Source: an uncultured Ruminiclostridium sp.
GTDB taxonomy: Bacteria; Bacillota; Clostridia; Oscillospirales; Ruminococcaceae
DNA: 64,000 nucleotides
Assembly (NCBI GenBank): GCA_947594425.1
Contig: CANQED010000002.1
Coordinates: forward strand, 62,364-126,363
Direction of reading: 5' to 3'
The notes beneath the pieces are model-generated. The model was not told the origin of the DNA, made no database searches, and was given only the letters and a program-made list of their open reading frames with translations. This document shows, one piece after another, positions 40,743 through 50,801 of the stretch (positions are counted from its first letter, which is position 1; the number at the start of each line of letters is the position of its first letter). Both the position numbers and the translations under genes were made by a program.

Positions 40743-40779
40743 TGCAAAAACCGTGGACTGAATTTCAATCCACGGTTCC
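40743..40779 (-). terminator. Rho-independent terminator at the end of the MoxR operon (family hairpin)
   Basis: Minus strand reads AACCGTGGA-TTGAAATTCAG-TCCACGGTT followed by TTTGC. Confidence 0.75.
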
Positions 40780-40796
40780 CCTTACTTTTAAAATAA

Positions 40797-42119
40797 TCAC
40801 CTATACAGATCTTCTATCAAACTATTCATCTTATCCCCCGCCTTAGGTTCTGCGTCAGAGTACCTAAGCCGCGAATACTGCCCCGATATCTCCTCGATAT
40901 CGCACTGACCCATATACACCTGCTTTGCCTCGTCCGTCTGCTGCTCTACGGTAAACGACGGGGTCAGTCTGCGGCTGTGCTTACTAAGCCACATAAGATA
41001 CAGCCTGTAGCCTATGCGGTACTTTGTCTTGGGGTCCTTTTCTTTTTTATAATCTTTCAGCAAAGCCGAGGGCGACTGCTTTATCTCTCGCTCGGTGCGC
41101 TGTGAGATATGCTCGTACCTGTCGGCGTAATTTTCCTCCTGCATAGTATTTTCCACTACGGAGAACTTGCCGAACAGCTTAGCCGCCACCGCCTTAAACA
41201 GTGCGACGATCTTCTTTCTGAGCAAAATCACAGCCACTACCGCAATTACAAGCACGATATATATAAGATAATCCCTGCCCTGTCCGTCCATGCTGAACAG
41301 GCTGCCGAGCTCAAGCGTATTGTCCCCCTGCTGCGCAGGCGCGCTGTACATCTTTATATTATTGAGCAAATCGTCGATAAGCCTGCCCGTAGTCACAGCG
41401 AGCCACCTAAGCCCCGACGCTATCGGGTCTTTAAGCAGCAGCAGCAAAAGCGCCGCGCCGCAGACGACCCCGATAAGTCCCGCGTTGAACTTTCTCAGTC
41501 CGCGCGGCACTATCAGGCTTATGCTCTTTCTGCGCCCGACTTGGGTATCGATGTTAGCTTGATTTATAAGCAGCACGGTCAGCATAGCGGTTATTATCAG
41601 CTGATAGGCGGCCGCCGTGCGGCACACGGACATGACCTCTATATCCTCTTGCTGCACCGCCGCGAAGATAACGCACACAAAGCATTCTACTATAAACATC
41701 CCGAGCCATACGGGAGTATACACCTCGCTGTAGCCCGTGCCTTTAAGCTTTATGCCTAAATAATACCACAGCATTATCGCGGGCAGCAAGCCAAGCGTTA
41801 AGGTAAAGCCGTTAAACTTGTCCCCCGCGCCTATGCTCCCCGCGACGGGTATAAAGATAAGCCACAGCACGAACAGCAGCACCGCTCCCGCCGCTATCAA
41901 TATATTTACGCCGAATACCTTTTTAGGCGAGACCTGCGCCCGCCTTAAGGTGCAAAGAAAATACCCGCCGGTTATCGGTATAACAGACAGTGCGAAATAA
42001 ACTATGTATCTCAGTATATTTATATTGCGGAACGCCGCGGCGTCGGCAAGCATCATCAGCGGCAAGGGCAGCACAAGCATTACCGCCGCGGCAAGTATCT
42101 TAAGCGCTCTGCTCCTCAT
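40797..42119 (-). CDS. Polytopic membrane protein with a DUF4129-like C-terminal tail and no transglutaminase core
   Basis: Multiple TM segments, then a cytoplasmic tail ...LTPSFTVEQQTDEAKQ...ISGQYSRLRYSD. The start is set at ATG 42119, which forms an ATGA overlap with the upstream DUF58 stop. Confidence 0.65.
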   Translation of the reverse strand: MRSRALKILAAAVMLVLPLPLMMLADAAAFRNINILRYIVYFALSVIPITGGYFLCTLRRAQVSPKKVFGVNILIAAGAVLLFVLWLIFIPVAGSIGAGDKFNGFTLTLGLLPAIMLWYYLGIKLKGTGYSEVYTPVWLGMFIVECFVCVIFAAVQQEDIEVMSVCRTAAAYQLIITAMLTVLLINQANIDTQVGRRKSISLIVPRGLRKFNAGLIGVVCGAALLLLLLKDPIASGLRWLAVTTGRLIDDLLNNIKMYSAPAQQGDNTLELGSLFSMDGQGRDYLIYIVLVIAVVAVILLRKKIVALFKAVAAKLFGKFSVVENTMQEENYADRYEHISQRTEREIKQSPSALLKDYKKEKDPKTKYRIGYRLYLMWLSKHSRRLTPSFTVEQQTDEAKQVYMGQCDIEEISGQYSRLRYSDAEPKAGDKMNSLIEDLYR

Positions 42120-43246
42120 GACGCCTCCCCCAAATTCCATCTGAACGAAAACCTCGACACCGCGAGATAATTATACCCCTCCGCCTCATCGGTATTGCCG
42201 TCGGTGTAAAACACGACGTTCCTGCCCACAGCGGCGGCTTTATCGGCAAAAGCCCTCATATCATCGTCTATATACGATGTAACTATAATTATATCCGTAA
42301 ACCCCGTCGGGTTTATTTCATCGAGAAAATCCGCAAAGCCGTCGGAGCAGCTGTCCGACAGCTCGGCGAGCTTTAATAAGAGCGGCAAAAGCTGCTCGTC
42401 GGTGCTTATCATATCGCTGACGCAGCGCCCATGCCCGCCGTTGGTGGCAAAAGCCGCCGACCCGCCGCTCTTTACGGCGTTTTCGACAAGCCTTACCGAG
42501 ATCTTTATAAACGCCTCAAGGTCGCGTATATCCACGCAGGTAACGGGATACACCTCCCTGCGCTGCATATTCATAAGCACAAGAGTCTTGTTTGAGGTGG
42601 AATATTCGTTGGTGCAGACGTACAGCTTGCCCTTAGAGGCGGTATGTTTCCAGTGTATGCGGTTTAACGGCTCGCGCCCGCTGTACTCTTTCGCCCCGCT
42701 GATGATAAACGGGTCCTCGTTTATAAATCTGCGCACCGTGGTCTCGCCGATAGGCTCGGTAAAAGAAAGCGGCGCGTCCTCCCCGTCGAGCGCGGTAGGC
42801 AGTACTGTGACGGTAATGTCCACCTGCTGTGAAAACGAATGCGATATTATCCCGAGTATATCCGTCGCGGTTATCACCGTGCGGTCAAAGCTGAACACCC
42901 CGCGCTTAAGGCACTTTATCCGCCGTGTACGGATACAGCGGCGCTTTGGCGGCAACGAAAACACCCCGGGTATAAAGCTGCTGTCATTGCCGACAGTTTG
43001 CGCGGCCGAGTCCTTTTTAAAAAAGGCGAGCCATTTAGACGCGGACAGCTCGGTCTTTATCCACGGCAAAGGGAAAAGCCGCCTGTTCTCTATGACCTCG
43101 ACAAGCTCGAGCGTTTCGCCCTCGTAAACGGTGGTCTTATCCGTCGATACGGAATAATATATCCCCTTGACGGCGTATTTTTTGAAAATAATGACCTGCG
43201 CCGCAAGAACGACCCCGATTATGAGCAATATAGCTACAAGCTCCAT
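42116..43246 (-). CDS. DUF58-family (vWA-like) protein, module 2
   Basis: N-terminal TM and the signature AKEYSGREPLNRIHWKHTASKGKLYV. It directly follows the MoxR ATPase. Confidence 0.8.
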   Translation of the reverse strand: MELVAILLIIGVVLAAQVIIFKKYAVKGIYYSVSTDKTTVYEGETLELVEVIENRRLFPLPWIKTELSASKWLAFFKKDSAAQTVGNDSSFIPGVFSLPPKRRCIRTRRIKCLKRGVFSFDRTVITATDILGIISHSFSQQVDITVTVLPTALDGEDAPLSFTEPIGETTVRRFINEDPFIISGAKEYSGREPLNRIHWKHTASKGKLYVCTNEYSTSNKTLVLMNMQRREVYPVTCVDIRDLEAFIKISVRLVENAVKSGGSAAFATNGGHGRCVSDMISTDEQLLPLLLKLAELSDSCSDGFADFLDEINPTGFTDIIIVTSYIDDDMRAFADKAAAVGRNVVFYTDGNTDEAEGYNYLAVSRFSFRWNLGEAS

Positions 43247-43247
43247 A

Positions 43248-44192
43248 TCATATCCTCTCGGTGGGGACTGGCACTTTCTCTACTATGCTGTGTATTATTT
43301 CTTCTTTAGCCGAGGCGCTGTCGCGCATTACCGCCGAGCGGCATATTATCCTGTGACATGCGGCATATGGCACTACGTATTTCACATCGTCGGGGGTGAC
43401 ATAATCTCTCCCCCTTAACGCGGCGCGTGCCTGCGCGGTCTTTTTCACCGCGATAAGCCCTCTTGTGCTGAGTCCGAGCTTAATATCCGAGGAGGTCCTT
43501 GTCGCCTCTCCTATATCCGCGATATACCCGCGCACCGCGTCGTTTACCTTTATCATATCGACGAGCGCCGACATCTCGATAAGCTCCTTTACATCGGTGA
43601 CGGGCTTTAGGCTGTCTACTGGGTGAGCGGCTCTGATATTGTCGAGCACCTCTATCTCGGTCTGCCTGTCGGTGTACCCTACGCTAAGCTTTATCAAAAA
43701 GCGGTCAAGCTGCGCCTCGGGCAAGGGGTATGTACCCTGCGTTTCTATCGGGTTTTGCGTTGCTATTACTATAAAAGGCTTAGGCATGGCAAAGCGCGAG
43801 CCGTCTACGGTAGTCTGCTTTTCCTCCATACACTCGAGCAATGCCGACTGGGTGCGCGGCGTGGCGCGGTTTATCTCGTCGGCAAGCAGGATATTTGCGA
43901 ATATGGGGCCGGGTCTGAACACAAATTCCTGCTTTTTCATATCAAAAAAATGTATGCCCGTTATATCCGACGGCAAGAGGTCTGGGGTAAACTGTATGCG
44001 GTTAAACCTGCCGCTGATACTTTTTGCGAGTGCCTTTGCAAGCACGGTCTTACCCGTGCCCGGGACGTCCTCGAGCAGTACGTTTCCTCCCGCGAGTACG
44101 GCTGTAAGCACAAGGTCGATGACCTCGTCCTTTCCCTTTATAACCTTAGAAATATTATCGCGCAGCCTGCCTGCGTATTCTTGTACCGTCAT
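43248..44192 (-). CDS. MoxR-family AAA+ ATPase, module 2
   Basis: 314 aa with Walker A EDVPGTGKTVLA, Walker B ILLADEINRA and ATQNPIETQGTYPLPEAQLDRF. Confidence 0.92.
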   Translation of the reverse strand: MTVQEYAGRLRDNISKVIKGKDEVIDLVLTAVLAGGNVLLEDVPGTGKTVLAKALAKSISGRFNRIQFTPDLLPSDITGIHFFDMKKQEFVFRPGPIFANILLADEINRATPRTQSALLECMEEKQTTVDGSRFAMPKPFIVIATQNPIETQGTYPLPEAQLDRFLIKLSVGYTDRQTEIEVLDNIRAAHPVDSLKPVTDVKELIEMSALVDMIKVNDAVRGYIADIGEATRTSSDIKLGLSTRGLIAVKKTAQARAALRGRDYVTPDDVKYVVPYAACHRIICRSAVMRDSASAKEEIIHSIVEKVPVPTERI

Positions 44193-44193
44193 A

Positions 44194-45123
44194 TTATTTC
44201 TTTTGCTCCTTTTTGCTGTTTGCTATCTCGTTTATTATCATATCTATCTTCTGCTCGGCGTCCTCGTCAGAGAGCTGGCAGGTGCCGACGTTTACCCGTC
44301 CGCCTCCGCCGTACCTCGACACAAGCTCGCCTATATCGACCGTGCTGGTGCGGTTAAATACCGAGTACCCCACAGCGACGGACACGCCTTTACCGCCCCT
44401 GCCCCTTACTATCCAGACGGAGATATTCTGCTCAGGATAAAGGGTGTATATCAAAAATCTGTTTCCGGCGTATATCGGGTCAGCGTCGCGCAGGTCGGTT
44501 ATGATAACGTCGCCCTTAGTTCTCGTATGGGCGCGCACCATATCTATAAACAGCCTGCTCTGCTCGGCGTAAAGCTCCGCGCGCTCTTTAACGTCGGGCA
44601 TGGCGAGTATCTCCTCGGCGGTCATCTGCGAGCAGCATATAAGCAGCTTTTCCATAAGCTGATAATTGCTTATCGTAAAGTGCTTAAATCTGCCGAGCCC
44701 CGTGCGCGGGTCCATAAGAAAGCCGAGCAGTATCCACCCCTTAGGGTCGAGCACCTCTTCTTCGGTAAGGTCGGCGCTGTTTACCTTGTCCACCGCGAGC
44801 ATAAGCTCGTCAAAGTTGGGAAAGCGCTCTTTACCTCCGTAATAATCGTATATTATCCTCGCGGCGCTCGGCGCTATGCGCCCCTCGCCCATATATTCGC
44901 CCTCGTACCTTAATCTGTCGAGCTCGGTCGGGTGATGGTCGAACCAAAGCCCGCAGCCCTTAGCATACGGCAGATTGGCGAGCACGTCGTCCTTGCCCAC
45001 GGGTATAAGTCCGTCCTGCATATCCTTAGGGTGAACAAACATCCAGCTGTCTATCACCCCCGCGCTGAGCAAAAGCGCGCCGCAGACAAGACCGTCAAAA
45101 TCCGATCTGGTTATCAATCTCAT
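44194..45123 (-). CDS. DHH-superfamily phosphoesterase (NrnB/exopolyphosphatase-like)
   Basis: Motifs SDFDG and FDHHP. The C-terminal GGGGRVNVG sits where the DHHA1 GGGH motif normally lies. Confidence 0.7.
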   Translation of the reverse strand: MRLITRSDFDGLVCGALLLSAGVIDSWMFVHPKDMQDGLIPVGKDDVLANLPYAKGCGLWFDHHPTELDRLRYEGEYMGEGRIAPSAARIIYDYYGGKERFPNFDELMLAVDKVNSADLTEEEVLDPKGWILLGFLMDPRTGLGRFKHFTISNYQLMEKLLICCSQMTAEEILAMPDVKERAELYAEQSRLFIDMVRAHTRTKGDVIITDLRDADPIYAGNRFLIYTLYPEQNISVWIVRGRGGKGVSVAVGYSVFNRTSTVDIGELVSRYGGGGRVNVGTCQLSDEDAEQKIDMIINEIANSKKEQKK

Positions 45124-45156
45124 ACTTGTTCCTCCCTTTGCCGCATAATTTTATCC

Positions 45157-47937
45157 TTACAGCTTTATCTTAAGATATGTTTTCTTTATCCGCCCGCACG
45201 AATTCATAACAAGGCGGTACAGCATATCGGTGTACTTAAGCACCGCAGCGCGTTCGTCCTCGGTTATCTCCCCTAAAGAGAATTCCGCCTTTTCTATAAT
45301 GAGCATTATCTGATACAGATTGCCGCTCATATTGCTTATCTTCATAAGCTCGTCCGTCCTGAGCGCAAACTCCATAGGCAATTCTCCCTGCCTCGGGGCA
45401 AGGTCTGTAACGCCGAACAGCTTCATTATAAACTCGTGCATTTCCTTTACAGCGTCGTTGGTCGGTCTTTTTGCAAAGCGCTGACGGCGGCGTTTTTCTT
45501 TATTATCTATATGTTTAAAGAACATATGCACGGCTATAATCAGCGCTATTGCGATAACTATCGCAAGGACTATGCCTATAAGCAGCGGGTCTAATCTTCC
45601 GCCCTGTCCGATAATCCCGCCCACAGACTGGGACGCGTCGGGCTCGGTCTGCTCGGTCGTGGCGACAGTAGTCTCGATCTCGGGAGTGGTAGCGGCGGTA
45701 TCATAAGTAGTGACCTGCACCACTTCGGTGGTCTGGGCGGCAGTGGTCTCAACAGTAGTGGTGGCGGGCGGCTCTGTCTGCTCGCCGGGATCGGTCTGCT
45801 CGGACGGGTCCGTCCACGTCGACCCCGTCGGGTCAAACATCAGCCATCCCAAATTAGGGAAGTACGCCTCTACCCAAGCGTGCAGATTGTTTTCAAGCAC
45901 ATAGCTCTCATACATCCCCGAGTCGGTGTTGTATTCGCCCTGCCCTACGGCAAAGCCGGTAATATACCTCGCGGGTATGCCGTGCTCTCTGAGCGCTAAG
46001 GTCATAGCGCTCGCGTACAAAGCGCAGTGCCCCTTTTTGGTCTCGTTAAGAAATCTTCCGAGTATCGTATTCTCCGCATTGCTCGAATTATCCTCGGTAA
46101 GCGAATATTCGTAATTATTTCTCAGGTATTCGCTCAGCGCATAGGCATAAGCATAGTCCGACATCCTCGTGCCGTACTGCTCGGCAAAATTCTCATTAAG
46201 CGTCCTGATATTGTCAAGCTCGCTGTCGGGTATGCTCATATACATATCATAAACGTATCTTGTATACTCGCTCTTATCCCTTATATACCGCTCGGCCTCC
46301 TCGGGCGAATAGTTAAGCTCGGTCATGGTCTGCTTAAGCTCTTCGTCGCTCGGTACGACATCCGCCGCAATATTCATAAGCGAACCGCTTACGGGGATAA
46401 CGAAATTGCTCTCGAATATCTGCATCCAGTCCTTTTTATCCGCTATCCTGATAACGCTGTCGCCGTAATAGTTAAAGTCCTGCTCGCGCAGATATTTGCC
46501 GTTGGCGGGCATATACGGCTTAAAGACGATATTGGTATTCTTAAGATACTCTACCCTGAGATAATTATTATTAGTCAGCCTTGACGAAAGCGAGCGGCTG
46601 TCCACCGAATTGTAATGGTCCTCCTTATACGCTGTCTCATCATACGGCGAAAGGGTGTATGTATCATTGCCCGCCGACACCGCAAATCGGTACAGCTGTA
46701 TCATCATCTCGCTGCTGAAGCTGTCGGATACGTCGTATCCGTCCTTGGCGATATATTCGTTTGTATCGGCTATGCGCTGTATGCTCTCCCAGCTGTCGCC
46801 CTGAAAATTGACCCCTATATCGCCGATAAGATATATCGGCTGCTCGGTGTCCGAATATACATGCAGTATCTGCTCTCTTCCGCTAGACGGGGGAGAATTG
46901 AGCTCTATGCGATTATTGATAAAGAAATTGTCGTCGGAAAAATATCCGCTGAATATGCTGCCCGAGTCCCCCGACACGATATTGGAAAAGCACTCTCCGA
47001 GGTCGTGAAAAGCCCGTACCGTATAATCCACCGCGTCCTTAAGGTCTAAAAACGAGCTGCCCGGGAACAGCGACTGCGAGCCGAACGCCACGGCTAACGC
47101 GAGCACCCCCGCTATTAGCCCCGTGATATAGCTGCCGATACTGCCGCTAGTTCCCTCGTATGCGCGTATTATTGCGGATGGGGCGCGGCTCTCCTCGGGT
47201 GCGTCGGACTTTTGCCGCTTGCTCTTTTTGACGGGCTTTTTTCTGTCGGGCTCGGCGGTCCTTTCGGCGGCGGATATGGCGTACATACCGATAAGCCCCG
47301 CTATAAGCAGCAGCAGATACGGGTTATAATCCGCCTTTTCGGCGATTATCCCCGGGACATAAAGCAGGGCTATAAACACCGTCAGCGCACCGACGCGCAT
47401 ACGCTTTACACAGCATAGCGTGACTATCAGCGCGACGAGCGCGGATATTATGAACATAGCTATATTCTTATCGCTTATATAGTCCTGCGTCTGGGTCAAA
47501 AACGCGTGGCTGTCGGCGGGGACATACCCGAGCGTAGACAGCAGCCTGCTGTCGAGCTGTATAAGCATATGGTCGCGCAAAAGCTCCACCGCGTCGTTTA
47601 TCGGCTTTTGGCAGAAAAAGTATATATTAGCCCCTATCAATGCCAAAACGGGCAGCGCGTATCTTTTCTTTATCAGCGTAAGCACGGCAAAAAACGCCGT
47701 ACCGAAAAGTACGGTCTGCTCCGCCGCCGTGCCGAACGTATACGGTATCGCGTACACCCGCGTAAAATTCATCAGTATACCGAATGTAAACAGATACGTC
47801 AGCGCTAACTTTATCGCGAGAGCCGACAGGATATTGACTTTTTTCTTTCCCGTGCTGCCGACAAGCACCGTAGCCTCGGCACGGGCTTTTTTCTTATTAT
47901 CTTTCTTAGTCGTTTTCAAGGCGTTACTCCGTATCAT
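45157..47937 (-). CDS. Transglutaminase-like membrane protein with a Thr/Pro-rich linker and a DUF4129-like tail
   Basis: 926 aa with an N-terminal TM bundle. The Cys-His-Asp core is GHCALYAS, HAWVEAY and FDPT. A TTVETTAAQTTEVVQVTT linker and a late TM follow. The start forms an ATGA overlap with the upstream DUF58 stop. Confidence 0.85.
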   Translation of the reverse strand: MIRSNALKTTKKDNKKKARAEATVLVGSTGKKKVNILSALAIKLALTYLFTFGILMNFTRVYAIPYTFGTAAEQTVLFGTAFFAVLTLIKKRYALPVLALIGANIYFFCQKPINDAVELLRDHMLIQLDSRLLSTLGYVPADSHAFLTQTQDYISDKNIAMFIISALVALIVTLCCVKRMRVGALTVFIALLYVPGIIAEKADYNPYLLLLIAGLIGMYAISAAERTAEPDRKKPVKKSKRQKSDAPEESRAPSAIIRAYEGTSGSIGSYITGLIAGVLALAVAFGSQSLFPGSSFLDLKDAVDYTVRAFHDLGECFSNIVSGDSGSIFSGYFSDDNFFINNRIELNSPPSSGREQILHVYSDTEQPIYLIGDIGVNFQGDSWESIQRIADTNEYIAKDGYDVSDSFSSEMMIQLYRFAVSAGNDTYTLSPYDETAYKEDHYNSVDSRSLSSRLTNNNYLRVEYLKNTNIVFKPYMPANGKYLREQDFNYYGDSVIRIADKKDWMQIFESNFVIPVSGSLMNIAADVVPSDEELKQTMTELNYSPEEAERYIRDKSEYTRYVYDMYMSIPDSELDNIRTLNENFAEQYGTRMSDYAYAYALSEYLRNNYEYSLTEDNSSNAENTILGRFLNETKKGHCALYASAMTLALREHGIPARYITGFAVGQGEYNTDSGMYESYVLENNLHAWVEAYFPNLGWLMFDPTGSTWTDPSEQTDPGEQTEPPATTTVETTAAQTTEVVQVTTYDTAATTPEIETTVATTEQTEPDASQSVGGIIGQGGRLDPLLIGIVLAIVIAIALIIAVHMFFKHIDNKEKRRRQRFAKRPTNDAVKEMHEFIMKLFGVTDLAPRQGELPMEFALRTDELMKISNMSGNLYQIMLIIEKAEFSLGEITEDERAAVLKYTDMLYRLVMNSCGRIKKTYLKIKL

Positions 47938-49160
47938 GCTCTGTTGTACAGCGCTATGGCTTGGTTGAGCGAGCCCTTGACGTCGTTTTTATTAATGCTC
48001 CACAACTCTATCCCGCGCATATTGGATATTGCCTCGGCAAGCTCTTTTTGCTGCTGAGATCTCATAGGCGGATCTATCAGTACCACCTTTATTTTTTTAT
48101 TATTAAACAGCTCTATCTCGCTTATCCTTTTGATAAATTCCACCCTCAGCTGAGAGGTCAAAAAGTACACCTCGCCCGCGTCTACGGGTATATCGCTTAC
48201 GCTCTGGGCTATGTCCTCGGGCAAGAATATCTCGGTCTGCCGAGGAAGCTTGCTAAGCGTATCGTACAATACCGAAAAGCTGTCGTCGTCCGTCGCGGTA
48301 AAGCTCTCGCACCTCTTGTCGGCAGAAGAATACCACAGATTTATGCACGGACGCTTGTCCGCTATAAGCGAAAGGTCGAGCGCGAGCATTGCCTCTATTA
48401 TGCAGTCGGCGTACTCGTAATTGTCCTCCTCAAACGGGAAATAGCCGTTTAGGTCGGCGAGCAGTATCGCGGTGCCTCCGGCGCTGCGCTCGAACTGCTT
48501 TACCATCATTTTGTCGAGCTTAGCCGACATCTTCCAGTGTATGTGCTTTACCGAGTCGGCGGGCTGATATTCTCTCACATTGACAAAGGTATTCTTGTCG
48601 AGCGCGAACTTGCTTTGCGACGCGGTCTCGGTGTCGCTCTCCTCGGTGGAGAGAATGGGCTCTATCACAAGCTTACGCGGAAGTATCACAAAATCCTCAT
48701 AGCGGTTAATTTTCTTTTTAAGGCAAAACAGCTTAAGGCAGTCGTACACCGCTATTTTCTCCACACCCGACTTATATGTACCGAGCAATTTTATCGGGGC
48801 GGTAAAATTTACGGTGATAGTAGAAAACGGCGGCACGGACAGCAATATATTCTGATATTCAAAATTATTCTTCGGCTTAAAAGGAAAGCGGCAAAACATA
48901 CCTATCGGCGACAGCGGCATTAAAAATCTGTTGGATAGCTTTACCGTTATCGAGGTGGGGTCGTTTTTCATAACGATCGTATCACGGTATATTATGCTGA
49001 CCTTAAACGCCGCTTTTGATACTAAAGCGAGCAGCAGCGACACGATAGGCAAAAACACCGCCACCAAAAACAGCACCGTTGTCAGCTTGCTGCGATATGC
49101 TAACAGCATTACGGTACATATGACCAAAACCGAGAGATATAATATCCTGTACTTTTTCAT
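47934..49160 (-). CDS. DUF58-family (vWA-like) protein, module 1
   Basis: Two N-terminal TMs and the signature REYQPADSVKHIHWKMSAKLDKMMVKQFE. The start abuts the MoxR stop with no gap. Confidence 0.8.
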   Translation of the reverse strand: MKKYRILYLSVLVICTVMLLAYRSKLTTVLFLVAVFLPIVSLLLALVSKAAFKVSIIYRDTIVMKNDPTSITVKLSNRFLMPLSPIGMFCRFPFKPKNNFEYQNILLSVPPFSTITVNFTAPIKLLGTYKSGVEKIAVYDCLKLFCLKKKINRYEDFVILPRKLVIEPILSTEESDTETASQSKFALDKNTFVNVREYQPADSVKHIHWKMSAKLDKMMVKQFERSAGGTAILLADLNGYFPFEEDNYEYADCIIEAMLALDLSLIADKRPCINLWYSSADKRCESFTATDDDSFSVLYDTLSKLPRQTEIFLPEDIAQSVSDIPVDAGEVYFLTSQLRVEFIKRISEIELFNNKKIKVVLIDPPMRSQQQKELAEAISNMRGIELWSINKNDVKGSLNQAIALYNRA

Positions 49161-50120
49161 TTATTCGCCCTTAAACGGAGGCTTAACAGACTTCATGACC
49201 TCGCTGATAACATAATTTACATCTATATGCTTTACCTTTGCCTCCTGCGTAAGGTGTATCCTGTGCGGCAATACATAATATGACATAGTGCTTATGTCCT
49301 CGGGGGTGACATAATCTCTGCCGTTCATAAACGCGCAGCTCTGTCCCGCCCTCATAAGCGACAGCGACGCACGCGGGCTGGCTCCGAGAGCGGCAAAAGG
49401 ATGGCTGCGCGTAGCGCTGACTATATCCACTATGTACTTATATATCGCGGGGTCGATATGCACGGCCTTTACCGCGGCTATGCACTGCATTATATCTTCT
49501 GTCGAGCATACGGGCTGCACCTCGTCTATCGGGTTGCTCTCTTTTCTGCTGTACAGTATCATCATCTCGTCTTTAGCCGAGGGGTAGCCCACCGACATCT
49601 TTATCAAAAAGCGGTCGAGCTGAGCCTCGGGGAGAGGATATGTGCCGACATAGCCGACCTCGTTCTCGGTGGCTATTACCATAAACGGCTGAGGCAGCAA
49701 ATGCTCTGTGCCGTCTACCGTCACTCTCTGCTCCTCCATGGCCTCGAGCAGCGCCGACTGGGTCTTCGGCGAGGTGCGGTTTATCTCGTCCGCGATAAGT
49801 ATATTCGTCATAATAAGTCCCGCACGATACTCAAAGCGGTCGCTCTCCTTGCTGTACATAGTAAAGCCCGTTATATCCGACGCCATAACGTCGGGAGTAA
49901 ACTGCACCCTGCGGCACTTAAGCGAGGTAGCCTTAGACAAAGCGGTGGCGAGCGTGGTCTTGCCCGTGCCGGGAACGTCCTCGATAAGCACGTGCCCCCC
50001 GGATATAAGCGCCATTATCAGCAGCATAATAACGTTGCTCTTGCCGACAATGACCTTTTCTACCTCGGCGACCAGCTTTTTGATCATTTCATACAATTGT
50101 TCTGTGTTGTTGTTTTCCAT
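49161..50120 (-). CDS. MoxR-family AAA+ ATPase, module 1
   Basis: 319 aa with Walker A EDVPGTGKTTLA, Walker B ILIADEINRT and ATENEVGYVGTYPLPEAQLDRF. Confidence 0.92.
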   Translation of the reverse strand: MENNNTEQLYEMIKKLVAEVEKVIVGKSNVIMLLIMALISGGHVLIEDVPGTGKTTLATALSKATSLKCRRVQFTPDVMASDITGFTMYSKESDRFEYRAGLIMTNILIADEINRTSPKTQSALLEAMEEQRVTVDGTEHLLPQPFMVIATENEVGYVGTYPLPEAQLDRFLIKMSVGYPSAKDEMMILYSRKESNPIDEVQPVCSTEDIMQCIAAVKAVHIDPAIYKYIVDIVSATRSHPFAALGASPRASLSLMRAGQSCAFMNGRDYVTPEDISTMSYYVLPHRIHLTQEAKVKHIDVNYVISEVMKSVKPPFKGE

Positions 50121-50182
50121 CTTTTCATTCAGCCCTATGGGCTTCTCTCCTTATTTGTTTTATAAAAGGTAATACCTTTTTA

Positions 50183-50211
50183 ATTATAACAAACGTAAAC
50201 AAAAAAATCAA
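50183..50211 (-). promoter_or_regulatory. Sigma-70-type promoter of the seven-gene MoxR operon
   Basis: Minus strand reads TTGATT (50211-50206), 17 nt, TATAAT (50188-50183) with an upstream TGT. Confidence 0.55.
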
Positions 50212-50325
50212 CCGTTTTTAACAAATATGCTGTCAAATGCTCAATAAATATCGCGCGGATGTTGCGTTTTTCTTTAAAATATGTTAAAATTGCGGTATCC
50301 GGTAAATAATAAGGAGGCTTATATC

Positions 50326-50799
50326 ATGCTCAAAAAGATACTCTCGCCGCAAACCTGCGCTAAGTGCAGGGTCTGCTGTGTCTTCGACCGCAGCGATATA
50401 TGGGAGATACCCGTTATCTCCGACGAGCTTAAAAGCAAGCTGAGCGGCAAGGCGGAATTTGTCGAAAGGGACGGGGTGTGCACCTTTGCTATGCCGTTTA
50501 AGGACGGCGAGGAGCTTGTCAGCTGCCCTATGCTGACCGGCAGCGGCTGCGCGCTCGGCGACGACAAGCCTTTTGACTGCAAGGTGTGGCCCTTTAGAGT
50601 TATGCGGCTCGACAAAAGCACCGTGGGCATAACCGTGTCCCCCGTGTGCGAGCATATCTCAAGCTTGCCGCTGAGCACACTCTGCGAATTTTTACAAGAG
50701 GGCTTAGCGGAGGAGATGTTCGATAAGGCACGGCTCTGCCCCGAGATAATAAAGCCGTATCAAGAGGGGTATCCTATTTTGCGGATAAAAAATATGTAA
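50326..50799 (+). CDS. YkgJ-family CxxCxxCC cysteine-cluster protein
   Basis: ATG 50326 follows AAGGAGG. The protein reads MLKKILSPQTCAKCRVCCVF... with further conserved Cys residues (CPMLTGSGCALGDDKPFDCKVWPF). Confidence 0.7.
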   Translation: MLKKILSPQTCAKCRVCCVFDRSDIWEIPVISDELKSKLSGKAEFVERDGVCTFAMPFKDGEELVSCPMLTGSGCALGDDKPFDCKVWPFRVMRLDKSTVGITVSPVCEHISSLPLSTLCEFLQEGLAEEMFDKARLCPEIIKPYQEGYPILRIKNM

Positions 50800-50801
50800 T
50801 A

